DNA of 64,000 nucleotides from Candidatus Hermodarchaeum yapensis. GTDB lineage: Archaea > Asgardarchaeota > Hermodarchaeia > Hermodarchaeales > Hermodarchaeaceae. The notes below the pieces were generated by a model, which did not search any database, had not been told where the DNA came from, and saw nothing but the letters and a program-made list of their open reading frames with translations. The position numbers and the translations under genes were made by a program. The stretch lies in NCBI GenBank assembly GCA_016840405.1, contig JAEOSK010000006.1, forward strand, positions 37,260-101,259, in the 5' to 3' direction. Of this stretch, positions 37,804 to 46,921 are shown one piece after another. Numbering within the stretch: the first letter of the stretch is position 1; every line of letters starts with the position of its first letter.

Positions 37804-39477
37804 TCATTTTGGTGGAGAAGCAAGGTATTGAAGCCGCTCGAGCACCAGTTGGGGTTCTGTGAAAGCAAAAAACGCAGATATTCGGGGGCCTCGATCCCGA
37901 CCGAAAAAAGCCTGATACATAAAGCGAAAGAAAGCCTGCTGTGTGCGTTTACTCAGTGTTTGAGTTATGGTTTTTGTCACGTCAGTGATTGCTTGTTCTG
38001 TCCATTGCTGTCGGTTAAGCGTCGAGTGAAGCTGTTGATAAAGAGCGCGAAGTTCAGAGGGAATATTTCGGTTGAGATTTTTTGGAGGGGCAGAAAGTAT
38101 AACGATTCGATAAGATTCCGGAGCATAATTCCGAACCCAAGTATTTGCCTGGTTTAGGCGTTCTTTGAGATAACTCTGCTGTTCATCTGTAAGGGAAGGA
38201 GGAAGAATACCGCTGGAAGTCAGTTTCTCAATCGCGACCCTAGTATGATTCTCAGGGGGAATAACTTGCGAGAGAAGGACCGCATGAAGATAGGGGACTT
38301 GGAGAGGTGCATTATCAGAAATTGGTTCCAGATTCGCAAGTTCATAACTCCGTCGAATATCAGCGATTTCCTGTTCAGTGGCTTTGGGTGAATCGATGTT
38401 GTAATAGACGCGTTCAGCACGTTCGTATTGACCGATGTAATTGGGAACATATTCGAGCCCCAATGTGATACGTTTCATAGGCTTATTTTTCAAAAACAGG
38501 TAACGAAGGGGCTCACCAGGAGCTACAGAAAGCCACGTTTTCGGAGTAAAGCCAAGAAAGTCAGAGCTTCCCATGTCGCCACTATCGACACCATTTTCGA
38601 TAAGCCCAACCCATTCATAAGCGAAGGGAACCGGCGATTTGAAGTTAAAGAAGTTCTCCGCAAGTTCTTTGGCACTGTCCCTTGATCCACCAGGCGTCGC
38701 ATGATCTTTCCCGAAGGGCTCAAAGCCAACATTAAGCACCTTCCAGAGGGCAGCCCATTCAAGGCGCCAAGAGAGTTTACCATTCTCAATACTTGCTGTG
38801 TCCTTGTCCCCGCAGTGGTCACACTGATACTGAGCGGTGTAGGCATCAGGATCAACGGAGATCACCGTCGTCGTATCAATCCGCTGACATTGTTGACACA
38901 CAACAAGAACCGGAATCCAGTCCTTTGGGTAGGGATTTCGGGCACGATATTTGTTAATGATTGTACGTGCTTTATCACGATGTTCAATAGCGAAACGTAC
39001 TAGCTCGTGCATTTCTGGCCAGGAGTAAATTTCGTGAGTGCTAAAGATTTTAGCATCACGACTGAAATGGTCCAGATATCCGCCAAAATCTAGCCAATAG
39101 CGATTCACCCAGCTGGAAAGTTCTCCCTTAGGGTCTGGGACATCGATTAATCGTTGCCCAATGTACCCCTCCGCTTCTTTCTTCTCGCGAAATTGGGCTA
39201 ATTGTCCAGGTTTCCCTTTCCATTGATCACTGGTGTACCGAACAATGGCATGACGGGTTTGAATCCCCTTCTGTCGAAGCTGATGCATGACGGTATTCGT
39301 AAGCGTCACTTCACCCCGTAACCGCCCCACATGCTGCAAACCTGAAACAGAAAGACCACAACTACAGTTTATCTGCGTAGTGTCTTCCCCCCAGTAGCTT
39401 ACAATCTCCGCAACTAGGGCATCAATCCAATGTTGATAGGTTGTAGAAGTGGTCAATGTGTTCACCAGACAGTACAA
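37804..39477 (-). CDS. lysS: Lysine--tRNA ligase, class I
   Basis: HWID, SG..HVG..RGE, GKL.WRLEW...W, EPFGKDH...GGS, MGSS, GPR. Confidence 0.93.
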   Translation of the reverse strand: MYCLVNTLTTSTTYQHWIDALVAEIVSYWGEDTTQINCSCGLSVSGLQHVGRLRGEVTLTNTVMHQLRQKGIQTRHAIVRYTSDQWKGKPGQLAQFREKKEAEGYIGQRLIDVPDPKGELSSWVNRYWLDFGGYLDHFSRDAKIFSTHEIYSWPEMHELVRFAIEHRDKARTIINKYRARNPYPKDWIPVLVVCQQCQRIDTTTVISVDPDAYTAQYQCDHCGDKDTASIENGKLSWRLEWAALWKVLNVGFEPFGKDHATPGGSRDSAKELAENFFNFKSPVPFAYEWVGLIENGVDSGDMGSSDFLGFTPKTWLSVAPGEPLRYLFLKNKPMKRITLGLEYVPNYIGQYERAERVYYNIDSPKATEQEIADIRRSYELANLEPISDNAPLQVPYLHAVLLSQVIPPENHTRVAIEKLTSSGILPPSLTDEQQSYLKERLNQANTWVRNYAPESYRIVILSAPPKNLNRNIPSELRALYQQLHSTLNRQQWTEQAITDVTKTITQTLSKRTQQAFFRFMYQAFFGRDRGPRISAFFAFTEPQLVLERLQYLASPPK

Positions 39478-39522
39478 GGTCCAACTAAGAGATAACCCTT
39501 TATCAAGAATTCGGAATCAATC

Positions 39523-40659
39523 TCAAGGAGCAGGGGGCGAGAGAGCTCCCATTTGACTATACAGTCCTCGAATCTGTTCAGTGAGCAAATCAAGATTCCA
39601 TTCCGTTTTCGCCGAAACCTTCACAGTAGGGAGCCCAAACCGCTCATTGACTAAGGAGGTTACCTCCTCAAGGTGTTCAGCATCCACTGAATCAACTTTA
39701 TTCAACACAACGATAATCCGCGCTTCATCAATTCCAGTCGCCCGTAAAATATCGAGAGAACTCTCCAGTTTCATTTTCAATAACTGAAGCAGATCTGTCG
39801 CATCCACCACAAGCAAGACAACATCTGACGCCCGCATATCATCTAAATTCAATTGGAAGGCAGAAATCAACTCTGGGTCAAGATCCAGAGCAAATCCAAT
39901 CGTATCGGCGAAGAAAATCTCAGGATTTACTGTCATCGACCATTTTGAGGCTAACGTCGTAAACGGCCGATCACTCACTTCTTTTTCCGCCCCAGTCAAT
40001 GCATTGAACAGACTTGTTTTCCCCGCATTGTAGCACCCCACAAGGCACACCATAGGAACTCCCAATTCATACCGCTTTCGCATCCGTTGCCGATGTTCCC
40101 GGCGATGTCGCGCAAGCTCCTTCGTCACCTTAGCAATCCGTTTCCGGACCTGCTGTAACTGAGCGTGATACGCATACTCACCCGGTCCTCGTCCCCCTCG
40201 ACGAGCAGGCCGCTCTTTTAACAGCCGCTCACTCTCTGACACCTTAATATACGGAAAGCTCTTCTGCAATCGTGCTAAATCCAACTGTAGTTGGGAAACA
40301 CGGTCCCGAGCCTCTTGCTCAAACACCCGTAAGACCACCTCATAACGGTCTAAAACGGGTACACCGAATTGCTGTTGCAGATTATACTTCTGCATTGAGG
40401 TTAACACGTTGTAGATCGCCACAACGTCAATCTTCTCCATAGCAACTAGGGTGGCAATCTCTGCTACTTTCCCACGACCAAACACCATACCGCCATGCGT
40501 GCGTATCCGGGTCTGTAGAACGGTTTCAATAACCTCAAATCCCGCTGCTTCCACTAGCTGTAGGAACGCTTCCAATCGAAGCGGCCATTCCACATGATCA
40601 TGAACGTTCTTCTGGAGCATTGCAATGAGTACGCGATTCAGGGATAATCCACCTGCCAA
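39523..40659 (-). CDS. hflX: GTPase HflX
   Basis: G.GK..EI, DR..VVL.VF, GPGE, G..NAGKTS, PFTTL, DTIGF, NKVD, VSAK. Confidence 0.9.
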   Translation of the reverse strand: MAGGLSLNRVLIAMLQKNVHDHVEWPLRLEAFLQLVEAAGFEVIETVLQTRIRTHGGMVFGRGKVAEIATLVAMEKIDVVAIYNVLTSMQKYNLQQQFGVPVLDRYEVVLRVFEQEARDRVSQLQLDLARLQKSFPYIKVSESERLLKERPARRGGRGPGEYAYHAQLQQVRKRIAKVTKELARHRREHRQRMRKRYELGVPMVCLVGCYNAGKTSLFNALTGAEKEVSDRPFTTLASKWSMTVNPEIFFADTIGFALDLDPELISAFQLNLDDMRASDVVLLVVDATDLLQLLKMKLESSLDILRATGIDEARIIVVLNKVDSVDAEHLEEVTSLVNERFGLPTVKVSAKTEWNLDLLTEQIRGLYSQMGALSPPAP

Positions 40660-40996
40660 ACCAAACTGTAGAGCGTTCTAACTTTGTCTATAAAGAATCG
40701 TGCCTTAAAAAGAGAGAGAAAGAGGGAATTTGAACCGATAAAGATGGTGATTTGGCGCACCTTTTTCCTCAACTGTAAAATAAGTGACCAGAACTGACCT
40801 TTTAAAAGCACAACCTCAGAAAAGGCTCCAAATACGCTGAAAATAGACTAGGACGCTGAAAACGGAAACCCCAAGCGCCTAAGCGTATTGATAGATTCTA
40901 CGAGCCGACTTAAATCGCGAATTTCAACATGCGGAAACACTTGGAAACCCTGAAACGTAATCATTATAAGGCGCCACCACGTACAATGTAAACAGC

Positions 40997-41210
40997 GAGA
41001 AAGGTGGCAGTAGTCACCTCCCTCGGGAGGCAACCCCGGGAACAAGCATACTTGGCTTCAACGAGGAAAAGCCGCAATGCAAGCCTAGAATTTTAAAACC
41101 TCGATATCCCCGCTGGAAATCTGTAGCCACACCTTTCTCCCAGGCGAGTGTGCTTCCCTTTGGGGCGGCGTCGAGGCGCCGGGAGGCGGGATCGAGGCAG
41201 CGGCTTAGAC
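40997..41210 (+). ncRNA. Candidate structured non-coding RNA/element (unassigned)
   Basis: 10-bp GAGAAAGGTG/CACCTTTCTC stem, GCAA-capped hairpin, CCTCGAT-ATC-CCCGC/GCGGG-ATCGAGG stem; TTATAA box at ~40963. Confidence 0.35.
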
Positions 41211-41235
41211 TATACCATAGTAGTTTTGAGTAGGT
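41142..41235. repeat. 94-bp palindromic direct repeat, copy 1
   Basis: 84/94 identical to 42915-43008; contains CGGCG-TCGAGG-CGCCG hairpin. Confidence 0.9.
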
Positions 41236-41259
41236 TAATGAAGAGTAAGGAAGCCTACG

Positions 41260-42060
41260 ATGAACCCCCCTGCCCACGTTTTAGACGCATTTGGTGTTCA
41301 TGGAAACCCTGTACGCATGCCAAGTGGGCAAGGGATAACCTTTCGAGTCGGCGAGAGCGTCCTCAAACCCTCATACAATGAAGTAGAAGCGATCTGGATT
41401 ATTGAAATATTGAGTGGCCTTGAAGAACGGGGTTTTCGTGTCCCCCAGTATCTCACAGCTACTGATGGAGATGTGTTAGTGGATAGCTGGATGGCCTATG
41501 AGTTTCTCCCAGGAACCATGTTGGAGGGCCACTGGGCGGCGAAACGGGAAGCCCTAGTACTATTTCACATTGCCTTGAAAGGTATACCGCCACCTCCATT
41601 TTTTGCGAATCGGGATGATCCCTGGGCGCTAGCTGATTTTATGGCCTGGGGAGAGTTGCCAATTACTTGTCATGAGCGTCTGAAACCAGCGATCGGAAAA
41701 TTAGTGCATTGTTTGAGGCCGATTAGGGTCACGAATCAAATTATTCAGGGAGATCCGAGCAATATTCTCTTTGAGGAAGGGCTTCCGCCAGCGATAATTG
41801 ATTTTTGTCCATATTGGCGTCCATCAGCTTTTGCATTAGCAGTTTTGGTGGTGGATGCTTTAGTGTGGAAGAATGCCGAACCCCCTATTTTGCAGTGGTT
41901 TGAGAATATTCGCGACTTCGATCAGCTTCTAGTTAGAGCCGAGTTACGGCGCCTCTTAGAACTGGATGGGCATTACCGGCAATTTGGAAAAGACTGTCTC
42001 GATGAAGTAGATGCCCATTTGACAACAGTCGATTTCATCTGTTCCCAAGTTGTTAGTTAA
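41260..42060 (+). CDS. Aminoglycoside phosphotransferase-like (APH fold) protein
   Basis: VLKP, FRVP, FH.AL, QIIQGD..NILF, IIDFCPYWRP. Confidence 0.75.
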   Translation: MNPPAHVLDAFGVHGNPVRMPSGQGITFRVGESVLKPSYNEVEAIWIIEILSGLEERGFRVPQYLTATDGDVLVDSWMAYEFLPGTMLEGHWAAKREALVLFHIALKGIPPPPFFANRDDPWALADFMAWGELPITCHERLKPAIGKLVHCLRPIRVTNQIIQGDPSNILFEEGLPPAIIDFCPYWRPSAFALAVLVVDALVWKNAEPPILQWFENIRDFDQLLVRAELRRLLELDGHYRQFGKDCLDEVDAHLTTVDFICSQVVS

Positions 42061-42078
42061 GCGAGTGTGCTTCCCTTT
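42061..42078. repeat. Truncated 18-nt copy of the repeat (GCGAGTGTGCTTCCCTTT) abutting the stop codon
   Basis: Exact match to 41144-41161. Confidence 0.8.
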
Positions 42079-42245
42079 TGGCTTTTATGTTGCAAGGGAT
42101 GCTTTGCGCGGAGAGAATGAGGTTAGGTGGTTGCGGGTTATCATTTATTTTTCTTTTTTTGGAAGAAAATTATTTTTTCGATTCGTTATTGCTAAATAGC
42201 ATCTTCAACTATTGATATTGTTGAGTAAATTTTGGGGTCAAAGAT

Positions 42246-42785
42246 GTGGAAAGCGATGTAGATCGCTGGCTCAAGGATTTAGCAGTTCCATTCCTCAAAC
42301 GGGTAGGTATCCAGCCGAAGCAGAGGATCCTCGATTTCGGGTGTGGTCCTGGGTTTTACACTGTTCCTGCGGCACGAATTGTGGGAAAGAGGGGAAGGGT
42401 CTTTGCTTTAGATAAGAGTGCTAAGGTGCTACGAGAACTTGAACAACGTGCTAAGATAGAGAGTCTATCTAATATCGAAATTCTCCTGACGTCTGGTCAG
42501 TTAGTTATACCGTTAGATGATGATTCGGTTAATGTCTGCCTCCTCTATGATGTCATCCATTCCCATTATTTCACGCACCAACGACGAATTACTATTTTAA
42601 GAGAGATTCAACGTGTTTTGAAGTCTGGTGGTTTACTCTCATTCTATCCAAGTCATATGAATTTTGACACCAGTAAAGAATTGCTTGAAAGTATAGGATT
42701 TGAATGCATTGGAACAATGCAGGCAACTCTTCTACACTATTATAGCTTGAAAGAGGATCGAATCCTCAATTTTGTATCTTCTTGA
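42246..42785 (+). CDS. Class I SAM-dependent methyltransferase
   Basis: ILDFGCGPG, ALD, RVLKSGG. Confidence 0.88.
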   Translation: MESDVDRWLKDLAVPFLKRVGIQPKQRILDFGCGPGFYTVPAARIVGKRGRVFALDKSAKVLRELEQRAKIESLSNIEILLTSGQLVIPLDDDSVNVCLLYDVIHSHYFTHQRRITILREIQRVLKSGGLLSFYPSHMNFDTSKELLESIGFECIGTMQATLLHYYSLKEDRILNFVSS

Positions 42786-42914
42786 GACCTACTTTGTAAA
42801 AGGCAGTTTAGTATAGGACGTTAATCTTCTGGAGTATTGTTGGTTCCTAAAAGAGAGGAATTATTACCTAGATATTAGTTGTAAATTGTCAACCGAATTC
42901 TTCGCTTTTTTCAT

Positions 42915-43008
42915 AGGCAAGTGTGCTTCCCTTTGGGACGGCGTCGAGGCGCCGGGAGGCGGGATCGATGTAGTGGCTTAGATCATACTGTAATAGTTTT
43001 GAGTAGGT
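42915..43008. repeat. 94-bp palindromic direct repeat, copy 2
   Basis: 84/94 identical to 41142-41235. Confidence 0.9.
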
Positions 43009-43112
43009 GGTAGCGGAAAGTATAGGATTTTTATGATGACCCTTGCCTTAGCTCGCTAATATTGAGATAAACAAAGATGCCGGGTGTTATTTCGAAATTC
43101 TTGGTGCTTGCT

Positions 43113-43910
43113 ATGAATCAATCAAATAATGTTTCTCTGCAGAAAGCAGATGTTGAAGATGTTAAGGTCCTTACAGACACGTGTAGAAGGGCATTTGATT
43201 CAGACTTGGAGTTTGATGCTCCCGGTCCTGGTGGCCCACCAGGGTATGACTCCATCGAATGGAACACCAAAGCAATTCAGAATAAGTGGCTGCAATATCG
43301 AAAGATTCTGTTTGGTTCAGAAACTGTTGGAGGATTCATTGTGGGGAATAGAGGTCCAGGGTATCAAGTCTGTGAGAGAATCTGGGTCGACCCTGATTTC
43401 ATGAGAAAGGGTATCGCTACGAAAGCCTTCGAACTCATCTGGGAAAAATACCCTTCCGCAGATCTTTGGGTAGTGGGCACTCCGGAGTGGAATGTAAGAA
43501 CGAAGCCTTTCTATGAGAGTCTTGGATTTGTTCAGATTGGTACCACCCATGACTATCCAACGTGGACAGGCAACTACTATGAAAAAAGAATTTCAGATAA
43601 ATTTCCACGAGCCATGTCAAAGATTACGGATATTCAGAATGGTCAGCAGAGAGTTTTGCTGGAGGGAAGGGTGAATCAAATCTCAAGTCCTCGCACAGCG
43701 ACTTCTAGGAAGACGGGTGAGGAACTCAAGGTAGCCGATGTACAACTTTCAGATGATACTGGTTCAATCAAACTCGTGCTCTGGAATGAGCAGATTAGGC
43801 AAGTAAAAGAGAACACGTCGATTCGAATCGAAGAAGGGTACGTCAAAGAATACAGAGATGAACTCCAGCTGAGTGTCGGCCAATGGGGAATGATAATCAC
43901 ATTACTATAA
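43113..43910 (+). CDS. GNAT acetyltransferase fused to SSB/RPA-type OB fold
   Basis: VDPDFMRKGIAT, N...FYESLGF; then KVAD..LSDDTGSIKLVLWNEQ..I.EGYVKEYR..LQLSVG. Confidence 0.85.
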   Translation: MNQSNNVSLQKADVEDVKVLTDTCRRAFDSDLEFDAPGPGGPPGYDSIEWNTKAIQNKWLQYRKILFGSETVGGFIVGNRGPGYQVCERIWVDPDFMRKGIATKAFELIWEKYPSADLWVVGTPEWNVRTKPFYESLGFVQIGTTHDYPTWTGNYYEKRISDKFPRAMSKITDIQNGQQRVLLEGRVNQISSPRTATSRKTGEELKVADVQLSDDTGSIKLVLWNEQIRQVKENTSIRIEEGYVKEYRDELQLSVGQWGMIITLL

Positions 43911-43991
43911 CCCAATTTTCTGATTGATACTTAGATTCAGAGGAAGCAATTTTCACCGATTTTTAATACTTTTGAGAGTTGATTAGATTGA

Positions 43992-44546
43992 TTAGTTTCG
44001 ACAGCCGAAGCGATAAGCCATGGGGGTTGTGCCTTTTGATTTGGTATTGATGCCTTGGAATATAGCAAGGAGCATGAGGGTGGTGAGGTTGAAGAAATAG
44101 TTCGTGTCAAGAAGTACATAGGGTCCCAAGTTACCACTTAGGCTTGGACTTATAAGAAGCCATAATTGCCATCGGATTGGGAACGGGAGGAGAAACGCAC
44201 CTATCCCCGCTCCGATTAACACCCCGAGAAGTAGACACCGGAGTTGAAGATGTTGCGGGCGTTCAGGTAGGCGAGTTAAAACAACAGCGGATGGAATACC
44301 CAGAAGTGCGCCTCGAAACGCTCCGGATAATGTAAGAAGGAATAATTGGCTATCTAGAGTATGGTAAACCATTGCGATTTGTCTGATGTCAGGACAAGGA
44401 TAAAAATTACAATATACAAAGAGTGGAAAGGGAATGAGGACAGTGAGTAAATGGTATATGAAGGATAGGATGATGAAGGCAGTAAGGGTTTTCATGAGAA
44501 AAATGAAGGAACTATTCCGGAATGTCCTCATGGTGTCTAGTACCAT
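43992..44546 (-). CDS. Hypothetical membrane protein
   Basis: Four hydrophobic segments. Confidence 0.5.
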   Translation of the reverse strand: MVLDTMRTFRNSSFIFLMKTLTAFIILSFIYHLLTVLIPFPLFVYCNFYPCPDIRQIAMVYHTLDSQLFLLTLSGAFRGALLGIPSAVVLTRLPERPQHLQLRCLLLGVLIGAGIGAFLLPFPIRWQLWLLISPSLSGNLGPYVLLDTNYFFNLTTLMLLAIFQGINTKSKGTTPMAYRFGCRN

Positions 44547-44616
44547 CTAGTGGGAAATAATTCTACATTTTAGAACAGCTCATGGATTAATCTGTAAAAA
44601 GAGTATCAGGTGCTAT

Positions 44617-44632
44617 CAGGCGAGTGGGCTTC
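44617..44632. repeat. Degenerate 16-nt remnant of the repeat border (CAGGCGAGTGGGCTTC)
   Basis: 15/16 match to 41141-41156, intergenic. Confidence 0.5.
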
Positions 44633-44639
44633 TGGAGTT

Positions 44640-45263
44640 TCATTCATTACATATTTCGGTAGGATCGGGAGCGACGGCGCTGATTGAGAGGGCGACAGGT
44701 TGTGTAAGAGGTTGTTTCCAATCCCGTGGTTTTTTTGATGGTCGAGTGTCGAACTCGGTTAAGAAGCCATTTAGGGCGGTTAGGAGTTCGTGGAAATCGT
44801 CAACGTCCTCAAGTCGGAAGGCCATCATTTTGATGATTTTTTGACATTCTGTAGCTAGCCCTTTAGAAGCCGGATGTCGCATCGACAGCATGAGTTTGGA
44901 TGTGAGTTGGTTAAGGGCTAGGGGGAGATTTTCAAGAGCGAAGACCCAATCTTGGAACGTCTCGGTTCTTCCTGAGACCACAGCGTGTTCTCGAAGTTCT
45001 GACGTGGATAGGGTTTTACTGAGTTCGAGGATGTTTTGTTTGATGTAGTAGTGCAAGCGATAGCGTTTGTCAGCAACCGTGGAATCTTCCTCTTTTTCAA
45101 CCAATCCAGCTTGCAGTAAGAGTGCAAGATTTCGGAAGGTGGTGGCTTTACTTAATCCAGTTTGTTCTCGCAGTTTAGCGGGAGTAGTTTTGCCATGCAG
45201 ATTGAGGTATGAAAAGATGAGAAGACTTGACTCAGAATTGCTGATCTGGGTCAGCAGCTGCAT
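44640..45263 (-). CDS. HTH transcriptional regulator (ArsR/IclR-like N-terminal wHTH)
   Basis: TPAKLREQTGLSKATTFRNL..L..AGLV. Confidence 0.75.
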   Translation of the reverse strand: MQLLTQISNSESSLLIFSYLNLHGKTTPAKLREQTGLSKATTFRNLALLLQAGLVEKEEDSTVADKRYRLHYYIKQNILELSKTLSTSELREHAVVSGRTETFQDWVFALENLPLALNQLTSKLMLSMRHPASKGLATECQKIIKMMAFRLEDVDDFHELLTALNGFLTEFDTRPSKKPRDWKQPLTQPVALSISAVAPDPTEICNE

Positions 45264-45372
45264 TCTCTTCAGTTGTGTGTCTAAAACAGCAGAGGACGGA
45301 ATTGGAATTTCACCCCAATTGATAGGTTGGTCGCGAATAGAAGAGACCGTTAGTCACTTTATTCACGAATCA

Positions 45373-45394
45373 TAACCTATCTCTCTCGTGAGAC
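45373..45394. promoter_or_regulatory. Operator-like box TAACCTATCTCTCTCGTGAGAC upstream of the HTH gene
   Basis: 20/22 match to 46326-46347; next to minus-strand TTTATA box. Confidence 0.65.
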
Positions 45395-45406
45395 GCTATA
45401 AATGAT

Positions 45407-46264
45407 TCACTCACAGCAGCGGGAGGTTCCTACAGAATCAATTGTAGTGTGCCCATGGTCAATGAAAGCGAATTTCTCGTGGGGATAATCTATCACAAAC
45501 TCAAATTGCTGTAAGAAGGGATAGCCGAGGATCCCATCTGGAATTAGATGACATTTGGGTGATATTTTTTCCATGTTGATTACAATTACGGGATGTTCTT
45601 CTACATTCACCCCGCCAACTGAAAGTTGATCTAGTGTGGCAAAATGACCTTCTGCATCTCCTCCAATTCCACGACAAATGCCATCGAAAGGGTTCAGATC
45701 CAAATTAAGTTTGTTAGCTAATTCTGGGGTGATGACCGTCCCACCCGCACCGGTGTCCAGAACGAATTCAAAGGGTCCTTGACCATTGATAGTAACGTGA
45801 ATCCCAATCATATGAGTGTCTTTAATGTAATTGAACGGACTCCACGGGATTGCATCGTCTTTTGTAGAACCATGACCATTACTTGGTTCAAGTCGCAAGG
45901 TTTGAGTTGAATAATTAATAGACATCTTGTAGTGTTTAAGAGTAGTATGACCAATGACGCCGCCCATCTTGTCTGTGCAAGTTGGGAGAACAGATTTGAA
46001 ATCAATAATCAGAACTTCTTCGTCGTCGAACGTGTCGGATCCAATTTGGAGACTGTTTACCTTCGCGGCGACTGCAGGTAAGCCTTCCATTTTTCGGTCC
46101 ATGAGTTCATAGGTTTTGAGGTCGAGTTTTTTAGCTAATGTTTTTGATAGGGTCGTTTTTACGGCTCCAGTGTCTAAAGTAAAATCAAAGGGGCCTTCTC
46201 CGTTCACATAGACGGGAACATGAATATGATGCGTTTCTTTGTCTAGTTTGAATTTTATTTCCAT
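45407..46264 (-). CDS. Two-domain retropepsin-like aspartyl protease
   Basis: Two F.LDTGA motifs with G.IG/GILG motifs. Confidence 0.85.
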   Translation of the reverse strand: MEIKFKLDKETHHIHVPVYVNGEGPFDFTLDTGAVKTTLSKTLAKKLDLKTYELMDRKMEGLPAVAAKVNSLQIGSDTFDDEEVLIIDFKSVLPTCTDKMGGVIGHTTLKHYKMSINYSTQTLRLEPSNGHGSTKDDAIPWSPFNYIKDTHMIGIHVTINGQGPFEFVLDTGAGGTVITPELANKLNLDLNPFDGICRGIGGDAEGHFATLDQLSVGGVNVEEHPVIVINMEKISPKCHLIPDGILGYPFLQQFEFVIDYPHEKFAFIDHGHTTIDSVGTSRCCE

Positions 46265-46325
46265 CGAAAGTTACACCTTTTACAAGTTTGAAAGCCGTTC
46301 TTCGGGTAATAGATAGAATTATGCT

Positions 46326-46373
46326 TAACCTATCTCACCCGTGAGACACGTAGACCTGGCTCTCTCATGAGAC
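46326..46373. promoter_or_regulatory. Two operator-like boxes (TCTCAC-CC-GTGAGA and TCTCTCATGAGAC) upstream of the protease
   Basis: Palindromic core repeated; beside minus-strand TTTAAATA box. Confidence 0.65.
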
Positions 46374-46431
46374 ATATTTAAATCTTTTTCTACAGCCACG
46401 ACTTCTAAAAGGATTGTCCGGAATTTCTAAA

Positions 46432-46866
46432 TTATAATTCACCGATATCTTCATTCCAAAGTTGGGGAAATGTTTCGATGAATTCCCGCATCATTTTTTT
46501 ACACTCGAGGAGATTTAAGTCGATGACTTCTACACCGTGCGATTTCATGAATTCTGATGCGCCTGGAAATGTTTCGGATTCGCCGACGATGACACGTTTA
46601 ATCTTAAATTGCACAATAGCCCCTGCACACAGGTAACAGGGCATCAATGTAGAATACAGCGTGGCTCCTAGGTAGCTTCCAACGCGTCCAGCGTTTTGGA
46701 GACAAGCAATTTCTGCATGTAAGATGGGATTGTTTTGTTGTACGCGTTGATTATGACCCTGACCAACAATGGTTCCCTCCTTTACAAGTATTGAACCGAT
46801 GGGGATACCTCCTTCCTGACGGCTTTTCTTCGCTTGGTCAATAGCAGCTTGCATGAATGGGTCCAT
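46432..46866 (-). CDS. Cytosine/nucleoside deaminase (CDA fold, FCY1-like)
   Basis: EGGIPIGS, HAE, PCYLC, WNEDIGE. Confidence 0.9.
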   Translation of the reverse strand: MDPFMQAAIDQAKKSRQEGGIPIGSILVKEGTIVGQGHNQRVQQNNPILHAEIACLQNAGRVGSYLGATLYSTLMPCYLCAGAIVQFKIKRVIVGESETFPGASEFMKSHGVEVIDLNLLECKKMMREFIETFPQLWNEDIGEL

Positions 46867-46921
46867 TGTTCAAATCTCCACAGCATTTAGTAGTTATACA
46901 CGGAGAATTTGTAGCATAAAG

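Noticed and set aside
41099-41197. Cloverleaf-like fold suggesting tRNA or tRNA-Sec
   Set aside because: No T-loop GTTCRA, D-loop or plausible anticodon arm
41142-43008. CRISPR array
   Set aside because: Repeats are 94 nt and separated by gene-sized intervals; no cas genes
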